Position numbers and translations under genes: made by a program. Positions 7,982-17,239 of a DNA stretch of 59,753 nucleotides are shown one piece after another. The stretch is from positions 1 through 59,753 of the forward strand of contig JAOBWJ010000110.1 in NCBI GenBank assembly GCA_025463335.1. The letters are read 5' to 3'. The first letter of the stretch is position 1; every line of letters starts with the position of its first letter. Source of the stretch: Acidimicrobiales bacterium (lineage in GTDB: Bacteria > Actinomycetota > Acidimicrobiia > Acidimicrobiales > CADCSY01). The notes beneath the pieces were generated by a model. It ran no database searches, was not told the origin of the DNA, and was given only the letters and a program-made list of their open reading frames with translations.

Positions 7982-8884
7982 CTAGCCCGCAGCCTTCTTG
8001 GCGGCGGCGGCAGCCTCGTACTCCTTGAGCTTCTTGAGGAGGGGCATCTCCTCCTGGCCCACGTTGCCATCGAGGAGCGACTCGATCTCCTCCGGCGTCC
8101 AGCGCCCGTCCTTGAACATGGCCCGGGTCTCCTGGGGCTGCGACCAGACGGCGATCTTGCCGCCGACCACGGTGTACACCTGGCCGGTGATGTGCCGAGC
8201 CTGGTCGGACAGCAGGTAGACGACCATGGGCGCAACGTCCTCGGGATCGCCCATCTCGGCCAGATCCTGGGGCACGTTCTCCGACATGCGGGTGCGGGCC
8301 ACCGGGGCGATGACGTTGGCGGTCACGCCGTACTTGTTCAGGCCGAGCGCAGCCGAACGGGTGAGGGTGACGATCCCGGCCTTGGCCGCCGCGTAGTTGG
8401 CCTGGGCCACCGAGCCGAGGGCGTACACGCCGGAGGTGAAGCCGATGAGCGTGCCCGAGCCCTGCTTGCGCATGACGGCCGAAGCCGGCCGGTACACGGA
8501 GAAGGTGCCGCGCATGTGGACGCGGATGACGTCGTCCCACTCCTCGGGCGACATGTTGAACAGCATCCGCTCGCGCAGGATGCCGGCCACGCACACGACA
8601 CCGTCGATCTTCCCCCACGCTTCCACGGCAGTGTCGACGATCCGCTGGCCGACCTCGGTGTCGGACACGTCCCCGGCCACGGCGATGGCCTCGCTGCCGA
8701 TGGCCTCGATCTCCTTGACGACCAGGTCGGCGACCTCGCTGGTCGGCTCCTCGCCGGCCATCCCCACGCCGTAGTCGGCAACGATGACCTTGGCGCCGGC
8801 GCGGGCGGCGTCGAGGGCAACTGCCCGACCGATGCCTCGCCCAGCGCCCGTGATGGCGACGACCTTGCCGTCCAGATAGCCCAC
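7982..8884 (-). CDS. SDR family oxidoreductase with C-terminal extension
   Basis: 300 aa, GTG start. GKVVAITGAGRGIGRA, NYAAAKAG. Extra C-terminal region ending in an Ala/Lys-rich tail. Confidence 0.9.
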   Translation of the reverse strand: MGYLDGKVVAITGAGRGIGRAVALDAARAGAKVIVADYGVGMAGEEPTSEVADLVVKEIEAIGSEAIAVAGDVSDTEVGQRIVDTAVEAWGKIDGVVCVAGILRERMLFNMSPEEWDDVIRVHMRGTFSVYRPASAVMRKQGSGTLIGFTSGVYALGSVAQANYAAAKAGIVTLTRSAALGLNKYGVTANVIAPVARTRMSENVPQDLAEMGDPEDVAPMVVYLLSDQARHITGQVYTVVGGKIAVWSQPQETRAMFKDGRWTPEEIESLLDGNVGQEEMPLLKKLKEYEAAAAAKKAAG

Positions 8885-8899
8885 TGCTTCCCCTTCTCG

Positions 8900-8911
8900 G
8901 ATTCGCGAATC
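8900..8911. promoter_or_regulatory. Perfect 12-bp palindrome GATTCGCGAATC in a divergent promoter region (candidate operator)
   Basis: Read directly. It lies 16 nt upstream of the SDR start (8884) and upstream of the EthD-like gene. I found no other copy in the window. Confidence 0.35.
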
Positions 8912-8964
8912 TGACGCGACGTTAGCATTTGCCCTTCGACCCCCTTTTGGCCTCAGGAGGCCCC

Positions 8965-9501
8965 TTGCGCAAGGTGATGGTGCTGGTCAGAGAGCCGGCA
9001 GACCTCGATGCCATCGACGTCCCGGGGTCCCGCGGGCGCCGCGTCATCGCCGCCGAGGACCCCGATGCCCGGCCCGTCGCGGTCGTCTCGTTCTGGGTCG
9101 ACGGCGTGGCCGAGCTCCCCCCGTTCGACGGTTGCTGGGCCTACGAGGTCGTCGAGCACCAGCGCTGGGACCAGGCCGAGCCGCCCCTCTCCCGCTGGGT
9201 GTTCCTCACCCGCAACCCTGAGCTGGACGCCGCCGGGTTCGTCGACCGCTACGCCCAGCACGCCGAGCTGGCCCGGGTCCATCACCCCTCGATCTGCCGC
9301 TACACCCAGGACGTGGTCCAACGGGCCATCACGCCCGGGGCTCCGTGGTTCGACGGCGTGTCCGAGCTCGGATTCTGGGACCGCGACGCCATGATCGAGC
9401 GCCACTACGACTCCCCCGAGGGCCAAGCCATCATCACCGCCGACATCGACGGCTTCCTGGACCGGAACGGGTCGGTGCCCGTGCTCGGGATCGAGCACTA
9501 G
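8965..9501 (+). CDS. EthD domain-containing protein (tentative)
   Basis: ORF 8929..9501. The preferred TTG at 8965 sits 5 nt after CAGGAGG and gives (M)RKVMVLVREPADL. FVDRYAQHAELARV and ERHYDSPEG resemble EthD-type proteins. Confidence 0.6.
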   Translation: MRKVMVLVREPADLDAIDVPGSRGRRVIAAEDPDARPVAVVSFWVDGVAELPPFDGCWAYEVVEHQRWDQAEPPLSRWVFLTRNPELDAAGFVDRYAQHAELARVHHPSICRYTQDVVQRAITPGAPWFDGVSELGFWDRDAMIERHYDSPEGQAIITADIDGFLDRNGSVPVLGIEH

Positions 9502-9510
9502 CTTCCGGCG

Positions 9511-10167
9511 ATGCCGCTGCAGGACGACGCCCACGACAACTGGGATCTGGCCGAGCCGCCCGAGGAGGGCGCCCGCGCCGCCAAGCACCGACTGGTGGCG
9601 GAGGCCAAGCGGCTCGTCGACCTCGTGGCCCTGCTCGACGTGGCCGACCTCGACCCCACTGGGGTCGATGCGCTCACCGCCCTGGTGGCCGGAGCCGCCG
9701 ACGCCGCGGCGACGCAGCCGACGCTGGCCGAAACGGGCCTGGCCCGGGCACCGGGCGGCGACCACGCCTTGGCCGAGCGCAGCCCGTTCTCGGGCCGGGC
9801 CAACCCGTTGGCCGCACCGATGACGATCACCGTCGACGGCGACATCACCCGTGCGACCGCCTACTACACGGCCGCGTATGAGGGACCGCCCGACACCCTC
9901 CACGGTGGCTTCGTGGCCGCCGCCTTCGACGATCTGCTGGGCGTGGCCCAAATGGCCTCGGGCGACGCCGGGTTCACGGGCACGCTCACGGTGAAGATGC
10001 GACGGCCGACCCCGCTGTTCACGTCCATCTCCTACGAAGCCGGCGTCACGTCGAAGCAGGGTCGCAAGATCATGTGTTGGGGACGGTCGACCGCCAACGG
10101 CGAGCTGGTGGCCGAGGCCGAGTGCCTGTTCATCATCCCGAAGACCCGGTTCTTCGAGGTGGACTGA
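9511..10167 (+). CDS. PaaI/4HBT-type hotdog-fold thioesterase
   Basis: 218 aa. C-terminal LHGGFVAAAFDDLLGVA...GFTGTLTVKMRRPTP is typical of PaaI-family thioesterases. Confidence 0.75.
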   Translation: MPLQDDAHDNWDLAEPPEEGARAAKHRLVAEAKRLVDLVALLDVADLDPTGVDALTALVAGAADAAATQPTLAETGLARAPGGDHALAERSPFSGRANPLAAPMTITVDGDITRATAYYTAAYEGPPDTLHGGFVAAAFDDLLGVAQMASGDAGFTGTLTVKMRRPTPLFTSISYEAGVTSKQGRKIMCWGRSTANGELVAEAECLFIIPKTRFFEVD

Positions 10168-11963
10168 TGCTCGAGTCGTTGGACGTCGCCTCGGTCGAGC
10201 CCTACGCGGGCGGGTGGGACTACCAGTGGGCGGAGGCCACGGCCCGGTTCGCCGTCGATCCCGATCGGCCGGGCAACGACCGGATCGTCGATCTCGACCA
10301 GGCGCCCGCGGGCAAGGACGGCTGCGTGCGGTTCGAGGCCGACGTGCGCCTCCTGCGACCGGCCGGTTCCGAGGGCAACCGCAAGCTGTTGTTCGTGGTG
10401 GCCAACCGGGGCCTCCTCGGCGGTGTGCCGTTCAGCGCTGGCGCACCCGTCGAGTTCGGTTCCACCGGCCCGCTCCATCCCGGCGACGGCTTCCTGCTCG
10501 AGCGGGGTTGGACGATCGCCTGGTGCGGCTGGCAGTGGGACGTGCTGCGCCGACCCGGCGTCGTTGGCCTCACCGCCCCAGAAGCCGAGGTGGAGCCGGG
10601 CTGGACGCGCATCGAGTGGCGAGCCGACGTCCCCCACGCCGACCACCCGCTGAGCGACTCGTCGTTCCTGTTCACGTTCGCCGACTACCCCACGATCGAC
10701 ATCGACGACGAGCAGGCCATGCTCACGTCGAGGACAGCACCCGACGGCGAACGCACCGTCCTTCCCCGGTCGACCTGGCGCTTCACCGACGCCACCCACG
10801 TGGCGCTCGACGGCGGGTTCCAACCGTTCCACTGGTACGAGCTCGTGTACCGGACCAACCGGGCTCCGGTGGTGGGCACCGGCCTGCTGGCCGTGCGCGA
10901 CCTGGTGTCGCACCTCCGCAAAGGCCCGCTCGACCACGCGCTCGGCTACGGCGTCTCGCAGTCGGGTCGCTTCCTGCGCCAGCTCCTGTGGGAGGGGCTC
11001 AACGTCGACGAGGACGGTGAGGCCGTGTTCGACGGCGTGCTGGCCCACATCGCCGGCGGCCGCCGGGGCGAGTTCAACCAGCGCTACGCCCAGCCATCGC
11101 TCACGCACGTGATCGGGTGGTCGAACCTTCCGCCCTTCGACTCGAGCGGTCTGCTCGACCGGCAGCGGTCGCTCGGTGGCGTGCCCAAGACGATGTTCGT
11201 GAACACGGCATGGGAGTACTGGCGGGGCGATGGCGCCCTGGTCCACGTCCACCCCGAAACCGGCGGCGACCTCCCGGAAGACCCCGACGCTCGCACCTAC
11301 CTCGTGGCCGGCACCGACCACATCGGCGCCATGCCGCTCAAGGACTCGATGCCCACCGCCAACCCGGTGCACCACCTCGACCTGAGTCCGGTGCTGCGGG
11401 CCCTTTTCGTCGACCTCGATCAGTGGGCGTGCGAGGGCATCGAGCCGCCGTCCAGCCAGGTGCCTCGCTGGAACGACGGCACCGCGTCGTGGCGCACCGA
11501 CGTGCTCGAGCGGTTCGGTCACGTGCCCACGCCCGATCCCGAGGTGCTCAACGTGACGCGTCCGGTCGACCTCGGGCCCGACGCCGAGCGCGGCGTCGGG
11601 CGTTGGCCGCTTCGCCTCGGCGGACCCTTGGCTCCGGTGGTGGCCGACGTCGACGAGGACGGCAACGAGGTGGCGGGCATCCGCCTTCCGGCCCTCGCCG
11701 CCCCGGTGGCCGCCTTCACCGGCTGGAACCCCCGGGTCCACGTCGACGGGTTGCCCGACGTCCTCTACGAGTTCGTCGGTAGTCGGCTCCCTTTCCCGCC
11801 CGGTCGGCCCACGCTGGCCGAGCGCTACCGCGACCGCGAGGGCTACGCCGCTGCCGCCCGCCACGCGGCCGACGCCCTGGTCGCCGGGCGCTTCCTGTTG
11901 GAAGCTGATCGCGACTGGGCTGTGGCCGACGCCTTACGGGCCTATGACGAGGCCCGCAAATAG
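10167..11963 (+). CDS. Large conserved hypothetical protein (possibly alpha/beta-hydrolase-domain family)
   Basis: ORF 10074..11963 trimmed to ATG 10167, which overlaps the thioesterase TGA (TGATG). 598 aa with good G/C third-position bias. No catalytic motif I can name confidently. Confidence 0.7.
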   Translation: MLESLDVASVEPYAGGWDYQWAEATARFAVDPDRPGNDRIVDLDQAPAGKDGCVRFEADVRLLRPAGSEGNRKLLFVVANRGLLGGVPFSAGAPVEFGSTGPLHPGDGFLLERGWTIAWCGWQWDVLRRPGVVGLTAPEAEVEPGWTRIEWRADVPHADHPLSDSSFLFTFADYPTIDIDDEQAMLTSRTAPDGERTVLPRSTWRFTDATHVALDGGFQPFHWYELVYRTNRAPVVGTGLLAVRDLVSHLRKGPLDHALGYGVSQSGRFLRQLLWEGLNVDEDGEAVFDGVLAHIAGGRRGEFNQRYAQPSLTHVIGWSNLPPFDSSGLLDRQRSLGGVPKTMFVNTAWEYWRGDGALVHVHPETGGDLPEDPDARTYLVAGTDHIGAMPLKDSMPTANPVHHLDLSPVLRALFVDLDQWACEGIEPPSSQVPRWNDGTASWRTDVLERFGHVPTPDPEVLNVTRPVDLGPDAERGVGRWPLRLGGPLAPVVADVDEDGNEVAGIRLPALAAPVAAFTGWNPRVHVDGLPDVLYEFVGSRLPFPPGRPTLAERYRDREGYAAAARHAADALVAGRFLLEADRDWAVADALRAYDEARK

Positions 11964-12032
11964 GCCTTCTCACGAGCGGCGCCGTGGGGTAAGCAATCGG
12001 TCGAAAGGCGGGTTGCTGCGAAGGAGGTGGCC

Positions 12033-13343
12033 ATGACCACGACCGAGCGATCGTACGAACGCCTGGAGCCGGCGCGGTCTGGCGTCGCCGACACGTTGCG
12101 ACCGTTGCTGGAAGGCCTGCTGGGCACGTTGACGGTGCGCATCGAGTTCTGGGACGGCTCCGCCGTCGGGCCCGACGTGAGTGAGCCGGGCACGATCCAC
12201 GTCCGCTCCCTCGACGCCATCCGTCGTGTGGTGTGGTCGCCCAACGAGCTCGGGTTGAGCCGGGCGTTCGTCGCCGGCGACATCGACTTCGACGGCGATG
12301 TCTTCACGCTCATCCAGGCCTTGCGCCCGGCGGGCAAGGCCATGCGTGCCGGCCTCAAAGTGGCGCCTGCAGCGCTGACCGCGGCCCGGGAGTTGGGCCT
12401 GCTCAGCCGCCCCCTGCCTCCCCCGCCCGAGGAAGCGCACCCCAAGGGCTGGCGTCACTCGAAGGGCCGCGACGCCCAGGCCATCAGCCACCACTACGAC
12501 GTCGGCAACGACTTCTACGCCCTGGTCCTGGGCCCGGCCATGACCTACTCGTGCGCCCGGTTCAGTCGGCCCGACCTGACTCTGGCCGAGGCCCAGGCGT
12601 CCAAGCACGAGCTGATCTGCCGCAAGCTCGGCCTGCACCAGCGGACCGAGATGCGCCTGCTCGACGTGGGCTGCGGGTGGGGGTCGATGGCCATGCACGC
12701 GGCGGCCAACCACGGCGCCCACGTCGTCGGCGTCACGATCAGTCGCGAGCAGGCCGAGCGGGCCCGCCAGCGGGTGGCCGAGGCCGGTCTCGAGGACCGG
12801 GTGGAGATCCGCCTCCAGGACTACCGCGACCTGCAGGGCGAGCGGTTCGACGCCATCTCCTCGATCGGCATGTTCGAACACGTCGGCCAGGCTCGGATGT
12901 CGCAGTACTTCACGACCCTGCACGACCTGCTCCACCCCACCGGCCGACTGCTGAACCACGCCATCTCCAGCGTGGGTGGCTCCAAGCTCGGCACCCGCAC
13001 GTTCGTCTACCGCTACGTCTTCCCCGACGGCGAGCTCATCGACGTGGGCAACGTGATCCATGCCATGCAGGACGCCGGCTTCGAGGTCCGCGACGTCGAG
13101 TCGCTGCGAGAGCACTACGCCACCACCCTGCGCCACTGGGTGGCCAACCTCGAGGAGCACTGGGACGAGGCCGTGGCCCTGGTCGGCGACGGACGGGCCC
13201 GGATCTGGAGGCTCTACATGGCGGCCTCGGCCGTCGGTTTCGAGGACGGCGGCATCTCCCTCCACCAGGTCCTCGGCGTCCGCAACGGCCACGACGGCCA
13301 CAGCGCCATGCCGCCCACCAGAGACGACTGGGTCACCCCGTAA
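12033..13343 (+). CDS. Cyclopropane-fatty-acyl-phospholipid synthase family SAM-dependent methyltransferase
   Basis: HYDVGNDFY, the SAM motif LLDVGCGWGSMAMHAA, and SSIGMFEHVG. ATG 12033 lies 5 nt after AGGAGG. Confidence 0.9.
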   Translation: MTTTERSYERLEPARSGVADTLRPLLEGLLGTLTVRIEFWDGSAVGPDVSEPGTIHVRSLDAIRRVVWSPNELGLSRAFVAGDIDFDGDVFTLIQALRPAGKAMRAGLKVAPAALTAARELGLLSRPLPPPPEEAHPKGWRHSKGRDAQAISHHYDVGNDFYALVLGPAMTYSCARFSRPDLTLAEAQASKHELICRKLGLHQRTEMRLLDVGCGWGSMAMHAAANHGAHVVGVTISREQAERARQRVAEAGLEDRVEIRLQDYRDLQGERFDAISSIGMFEHVGQARMSQYFTTLHDLLHPTGRLLNHAISSVGGSKLGTRTFVYRYVFPDGELIDVGNVIHAMQDAGFEVRDVESLREHYATTLRHWVANLEEHWDEAVALVGDGRARIWRLYMAASAVGFEDGGISLHQVLGVRNGHDGHSAMPPTRDDWVTP

Positions 13344-13358
13344 TCGGAGTAACCGGAC

Positions 13359-13925
13359 TCAGCGCAGAAGGAGGCGGGAGGCGAGCTCGAGGTCGGCGGC
13401 CATGGCGCCGGACGGGGCCCGGCCACCGACCCAGGCCAGCATGCTGGCGAACCAGACCTGGCCGAGCACGTGCACGATGCCGTCGATGTCGTCGATCGAC
13501 TCGCCATCGAGGGCCTTGGCGATCATCGACTTGAGCGTGTCCTGGACGCCGTGACTCTGGTGGGCCACCGACGGGTCGGAGGTCGAAAGGGCGGTCACCA
13601 TGGCGTGGGCCATGAGTGGCTCCTCCTCGAGCAGGGCACAGGAGCGGCGGAACACTTCGCTCACCCGCTCGTGGGCCGAGTCGCCGGCCGGCGGCCGCTT
13701 GGACAGCTGGTCGGCCATGTCGGTGGCCAGCTGGTCGAGGCCGGCGATCAGCAACTGGTCCTTGGAGGAGAAGTAGCGGTAGATCGTGCCGAGGGCGACG
13801 TCGGCCTCCTGGGAGACGGCCCGCATCTGCACCGCTTCGTAGCCGCCCTTGGCGGCGAGAGCCATGGCCGCACCGACGACTCGGGCTCGGCGCACAGCTT
13901 GCTGTTCGCTGCGAACGCCCTGCAC
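13359..13925 (-). CDS. kstR: TetR family repressor, KstR-like
   Basis: 188 aa. The HTH region AAKGGYEAVQMRAVSQEADVALGTIYRYFSSKDQLL and the C-terminal VWFASMLAWV...LELASRLLL closely resemble my recollection of M. tuberculosis KstR (Rv3574). A KstR-type box lies in its divergent promoter. Confidence 0.7.
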   Translation of the reverse strand: MQGVRSEQQAVRRARVVGAAMALAAKGGYEAVQMRAVSQEADVALGTIYRYFSSKDQLLIAGLDQLATDMADQLSKRPPAGDSAHERVSEVFRRSCALLEEEPLMAHAMVTALSTSDPSVAHQSHGVQDTLKSMIAKALDGESIDDIDGIVHVLGQVWFASMLAWVGGRAPSGAMAADLELASRLLLR

Positions 13926-13958
13926 ACGCCCACCCTAGGGCAGCTTGCCGCCCGTTTG

Positions 13959-13972
13959 AGGAACGTGTTCTA
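13959..13972. promoter_or_regulatory. KstR-type operator AGGAACGTGTTCTA
   Basis: Matches the published KstR motif TnnAACnnGTTnnA at 13 of 14 positions. The right half-site GTTCTA is perfect. It ends on the A of the fadD-like ATG (13972), within the 46-nt spacer to the TetR gene. Confidence 0.6.
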
Positions 13973-15588
13973 TGTCGCCCGTGGAGTTCCACCTCGCTGA
14001 CCTCTTCGAGCAGGCCGTCGACCACTTCGCCGAACGCGAGTACCTCGTCTGCAACGGCAAGCGCCGCACCTACGCCGAGATGGAAGCCCGGGCCAACCGT
14101 CTGGCCCACCACCTGCAGGCCGCCGGCGTGGGTCCGGGAGACCATGTCGGCATCTACGCCCTGAACTCGGTGGAGTGGGTGGAGACGATCTGGGCCGCCT
14201 TCAAGATCCGGGCGGTCTGGATCAACATCAACTACCGCTACGTCGAGGACGAGCTGCGCTACCTGTTCGAGAACGCCGACCTGAAGGCCCTCGTCTACGA
14301 GCGCCAGTACTCGCCCCGGGTGGCCGCCGTCCGCGAGCACCTGCCGATGCTCGAGCACGCCCTCGTCATCGAGGACGGCAGCACCGAGGACCACGCGGCC
14401 GTGGGCGCCATGCCCTACGAGGAGGCGCTGGCCAGCGGTTCGCCCGAGCGCGACTTCGGGCCCCGTTCCCAGGACGACCACTACATCCTCTACACGGGCG
14501 GCACCACCGGCATGCCCAAAGGCGTGATCTGGCGCCACGAGGACGTGTTCTTCACCCTCGGCGGCGGCACCGACCTCATGACCGGCGAGAAGGTGGCCAG
14601 CCCCGAGGCGGTGGCCGAGAAGGGCCTGGCCGGCGTTCCCATGACCATGCTGCCCATCGCCCCTCTCATGCACGGGGCCAGCCAGTGGGCGACGATGAGC
14701 TCGGCGTTCGTCGGCAACCGCGTCGTGCTCGTCCCCCAGTTCGACCCAAAGGACGTCTGGCGGCTCGTCGAGGAGGAGCGGGTCAACCTCCTGATGATCA
14801 CCGGCGACGCCATGGGCCGACCGCTCATCGAGGCCCTCGACGACCCGGTGGTCGACCCCGACACGTCGTCGCTGTACGCCGTGAGCAGCACGGCCGCCCT
14901 GTTTTCCCCGGCCGTGAAGGACAAGTTCTTCGAGCGGTTCCCGGACCTCGTCGTCACCGATGCCGTCGGTGCCTCGGAGACGGGCGGCCAGGGCGTCACC
15001 ATGGTCAAGGCCGGCGAGACGTCGATGAAGGGTGGGCCCACGGTGAAGGTCACCGCCGGCACCCAGGTCCTCGACGACGACTTCCAGCCGGTCGAGCCGG
15101 GGTCCGGCACGGTGGGCAAGCTGGCCAGGACCGGCCACATCCCGCTCGGCTACTACAAGGATCCGGTCAAGACGGCCGAGACCTTCATCACCGTCGAGGG
15201 CGTGCGCTGGTCCATGCCCGGCGACTTCGCCGCGGTCGAGGCCGACGGCACGGTGACGCTGTTGGGGCGGGGCTCGCAGTCGATCAACTCGGGTGGCGAG
15301 AAGATCTTCCCGGAAGAGGTCGAGACGGCGGTGAAGTCGCACCCCGATGTCTACGACGCCGTCGTCGTCGGCGTGCCCGACGAGCGCTGGGGCGCCCGGG
15401 TGGCCGTCGTCGTGCAGCCTCGGCCGGGCGCCCACCCCACCCTCGAGTCCATCCAGGAGCACTGCCGGACCACCATCGCCGGCTACAAGGTGCCCCGCCA
15501 GCTCGAGCTCGTCGACATCGTCGTCCGCTCGCCGAGCGGCAAGCCCGACTACCGCTGGGCCGCATCCATCGCCGCCCCGGAGGCCTGA
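13972..15588 (+). CDS. Acyl-CoA synthetase, FadD17/FadD19-like subfamily
   Basis: 538 aa. YTGGTTGMPKGVIWRHED, GYYKDPVKTAETF, SINSGGEKIFPEEVE, GYKVPR...SPSGKPDYRW. Confidence 0.9.
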   Translation: MSPVEFHLADLFEQAVDHFAEREYLVCNGKRRTYAEMEARANRLAHHLQAAGVGPGDHVGIYALNSVEWVETIWAAFKIRAVWININYRYVEDELRYLFENADLKALVYERQYSPRVAAVREHLPMLEHALVIEDGSTEDHAAVGAMPYEEALASGSPERDFGPRSQDDHYILYTGGTTGMPKGVIWRHEDVFFTLGGGTDLMTGEKVASPEAVAEKGLAGVPMTMLPIAPLMHGASQWATMSSAFVGNRVVLVPQFDPKDVWRLVEEERVNLLMITGDAMGRPLIEALDDPVVDPDTSSLYAVSSTAALFSPAVKDKFFERFPDLVVTDAVGASETGGQGVTMVKAGETSMKGGPTVKVTAGTQVLDDDFQPVEPGSGTVGKLARTGHIPLGYYKDPVKTAETFITVEGVRWSMPGDFAAVEADGTVTLLGRGSQSINSGGEKIFPEEVETAVKSHPDVYDAVVVGVPDERWGARVAVVVQPRPGAHPTLESIQEHCRTTIAGYKVPRQLELVDIVVRSPSGKPDYRWAASIAAPEA

Positions 15589-15738
15589 GCACCGCTGCCG
15601 ATGCAGGCACTCTCCGTGAGTTGGCTACCGGAACCGACCGTTCGGTGACGTTCCAGCTGCCTCATCGCTCTCACGCTGTGCGGTTGTTGACCGACCGTTG
15701 TTTCAGGCCCGACCACGTTTCGCGCCGATGAATGCTCA

Positions 15739-16029
15739 ATGGACGACCGTTTGGCACAGGGATACGTGCTCACGTTGCATCTGGGTGCCGAGCACATCTC
15801 CGGCGAGATCGCCGACCAGGTGATCCGGGAACTGTCACACCTCAGCGCCGTGCGGGGGCCCACCGTGCCGGGCAAGCTCCTCCTGCACTGCACCGTCTCG
15901 GCCACCTCGGAGGGCGACGCCGTGCGTTACGCCGCCCAGCGCACGATCACCGCCCTGCTCGGCGTCGGCATCGAAACGCCGCGCATCCTGTCGGTCGAGG
16001 CGTGCCGGGTGGATCACGTCGCCGTCTAG
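15739..16029 (+). CDS. Hypothetical small protein
   Basis: 96-aa ORF with strongly G/C-biased third positions, following a lower-GC 150-nt spacer. No recognisable motif. Confidence 0.5.
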   Translation: MDDRLAQGYVLTLHLGAEHISGEIADQVIRELSHLSAVRGPTVPGKLLLHCTVSATSEGDAVRYAAQRTITALLGVGIETPRILSVEACRVDHVAV

Positions 16030-16415
16030 CGACCGATGAACTCGACCCGGTTCCCTTCCGGGTCCTCCACCATGGCGATGCGGAACGCCCCCACGTCGAG
16101 CGGGCCCAGCACCGCCGGGTGACCGGCCGCCTCGCAGGCCGCGACCAGCCCGTCGACGTCGTCGACGGTGATGGTGAGGTAGCGGATGCCCGAGTGGCCG
16201 AACGTGTCGCCCTTGGGCCCCTCGGTCGGGGCGTCCGCGGGATGGACGAGCTTGAGCAGGCTCTCCCCCACCCGCAGCCGGTGCATGGTCCCGCCGCCCG
16301 GCACCGGGTTGGTGCCCTCCACCGGGATGCCGAGCAGGTCGCGGTAGAACGCCAGGGCGGCGTCGATGTCATGGACCACCACACCCACATCGATCGAGCT
16401 CACTGGTGCACTCAT
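16026..16415 (-). CDS. VOC (glyoxalase/bleomycin-resistance/dioxygenase) family protein
   Basis: ORF 16026..16451 trimmed to ATG 16415. VVVHDIDAALAFYRDLLG ... MVEDPEGNRVEF. Confidence 0.85.
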   Translation of the reverse strand: MSAPVSSIDVGVVVHDIDAALAFYRDLLGIPVEGTNPVPGGGTMHRLRVGESLLKLVHPADAPTEGPKGDTFGHSGIRYLTITVDDVDGLVAACEAAGHPAVLGPLDVGAFRIAMVEDPEGNRVEFIGR

Positions 16416-16435
16416 GGTTCGCTCGCTGCGCTCGC

Positions 16436-17239
16436 TCACATCGGCCTCCACTCGGGGTCACGCTTCTCGACGAACGCCCGGCCGGCCTCGGTCATGTTGC
16501 CGGTGAACGTGCCCAGGACCTGGGTGCGGTTCTCGAGCTCGATGGCGTGGCGCAGGCTGGGAGCGTCGAGGTTCGACCACAGGCCGATCTTCGTCATGTA
16601 GACGCCGTACTCGCTGTTGGCGGCGATGGCGGCGGCGAGCTCCTCGGCCGCCGGCAGCAGCTCGTCCCGGGCAACGACCCGGTTGAGGATGCCCAACCGG
16701 AGCGCCTCCTCGGCGCCGAACCGGCGGCCGGTGAGCATGAGCTCGGCCGCCACCGTCGGCCCCACGATGCGGGGCAGCGTGTAGCTCGTACCAACGTCGC
16801 ACGACGAGAGCCCGACCTTGATGAAGTGGGCGGCGAAGAAGGCGTCGTCGCTGGCCACCCGCAGGTCGCACGCCAGGGCCAGGGCCAACCCGCCGCCCAT
16901 GGCCGCCCCGTGGAAGGCGCCGATCACGGGCTGGCGAGCCTCCCGGATGGCGAGGATGAGCTCGGCCAGGTGCTCCTGCATGAACTGGACCAGCCCGACC
17001 GGGCCGCGGTCCTGGGCGAAGTCGGAACGCTCATCGTCGCCGGCCATGTTGGCCCCCGAGCAGAAGCCTTTGCCGGCGCCGGTGAGGATCACGACCCGCG
17101 CGTCGCGGTCGCGGCGGAGCTCGGCGAAGGCGTCCTTCAGCTCGGTGACCATCGCCGTGGTGAGGGCGTTGTAGCGCTCGGGGTCGTCGATGGTCACGAC
17201 CACGGCGTCGCCGCGGCGCTCGGTGCCGACGAGCGACAT
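16436..17239 (-). CDS. Enoyl-CoA hydratase/isomerase family protein
   Basis: 267 aa. Crotonase motifs ILTGAGKGFCSGANM and FHGAAMGGG. The start overlaps the upstream stop by 1 nt. Confidence 0.9.
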   Translation of the reverse strand: MSLVGTERRGDAVVVTIDDPERYNALTTAMVTELKDAFAELRRDRDARVVILTGAGKGFCSGANMAGDDERSDFAQDRGPVGLVQFMQEHLAELILAIREARQPVIGAFHGAAMGGGLALALACDLRVASDDAFFAAHFIKVGLSSCDVGTSYTLPRIVGPTVAAELMLTGRRFGAEEALRLGILNRVVARDELLPAAEELAAAIAANSEYGVYMTKIGLWSNLDAPSLRHAIELENRTQVLGTFTGNMTEAGRAFVEKRDPEWRPM

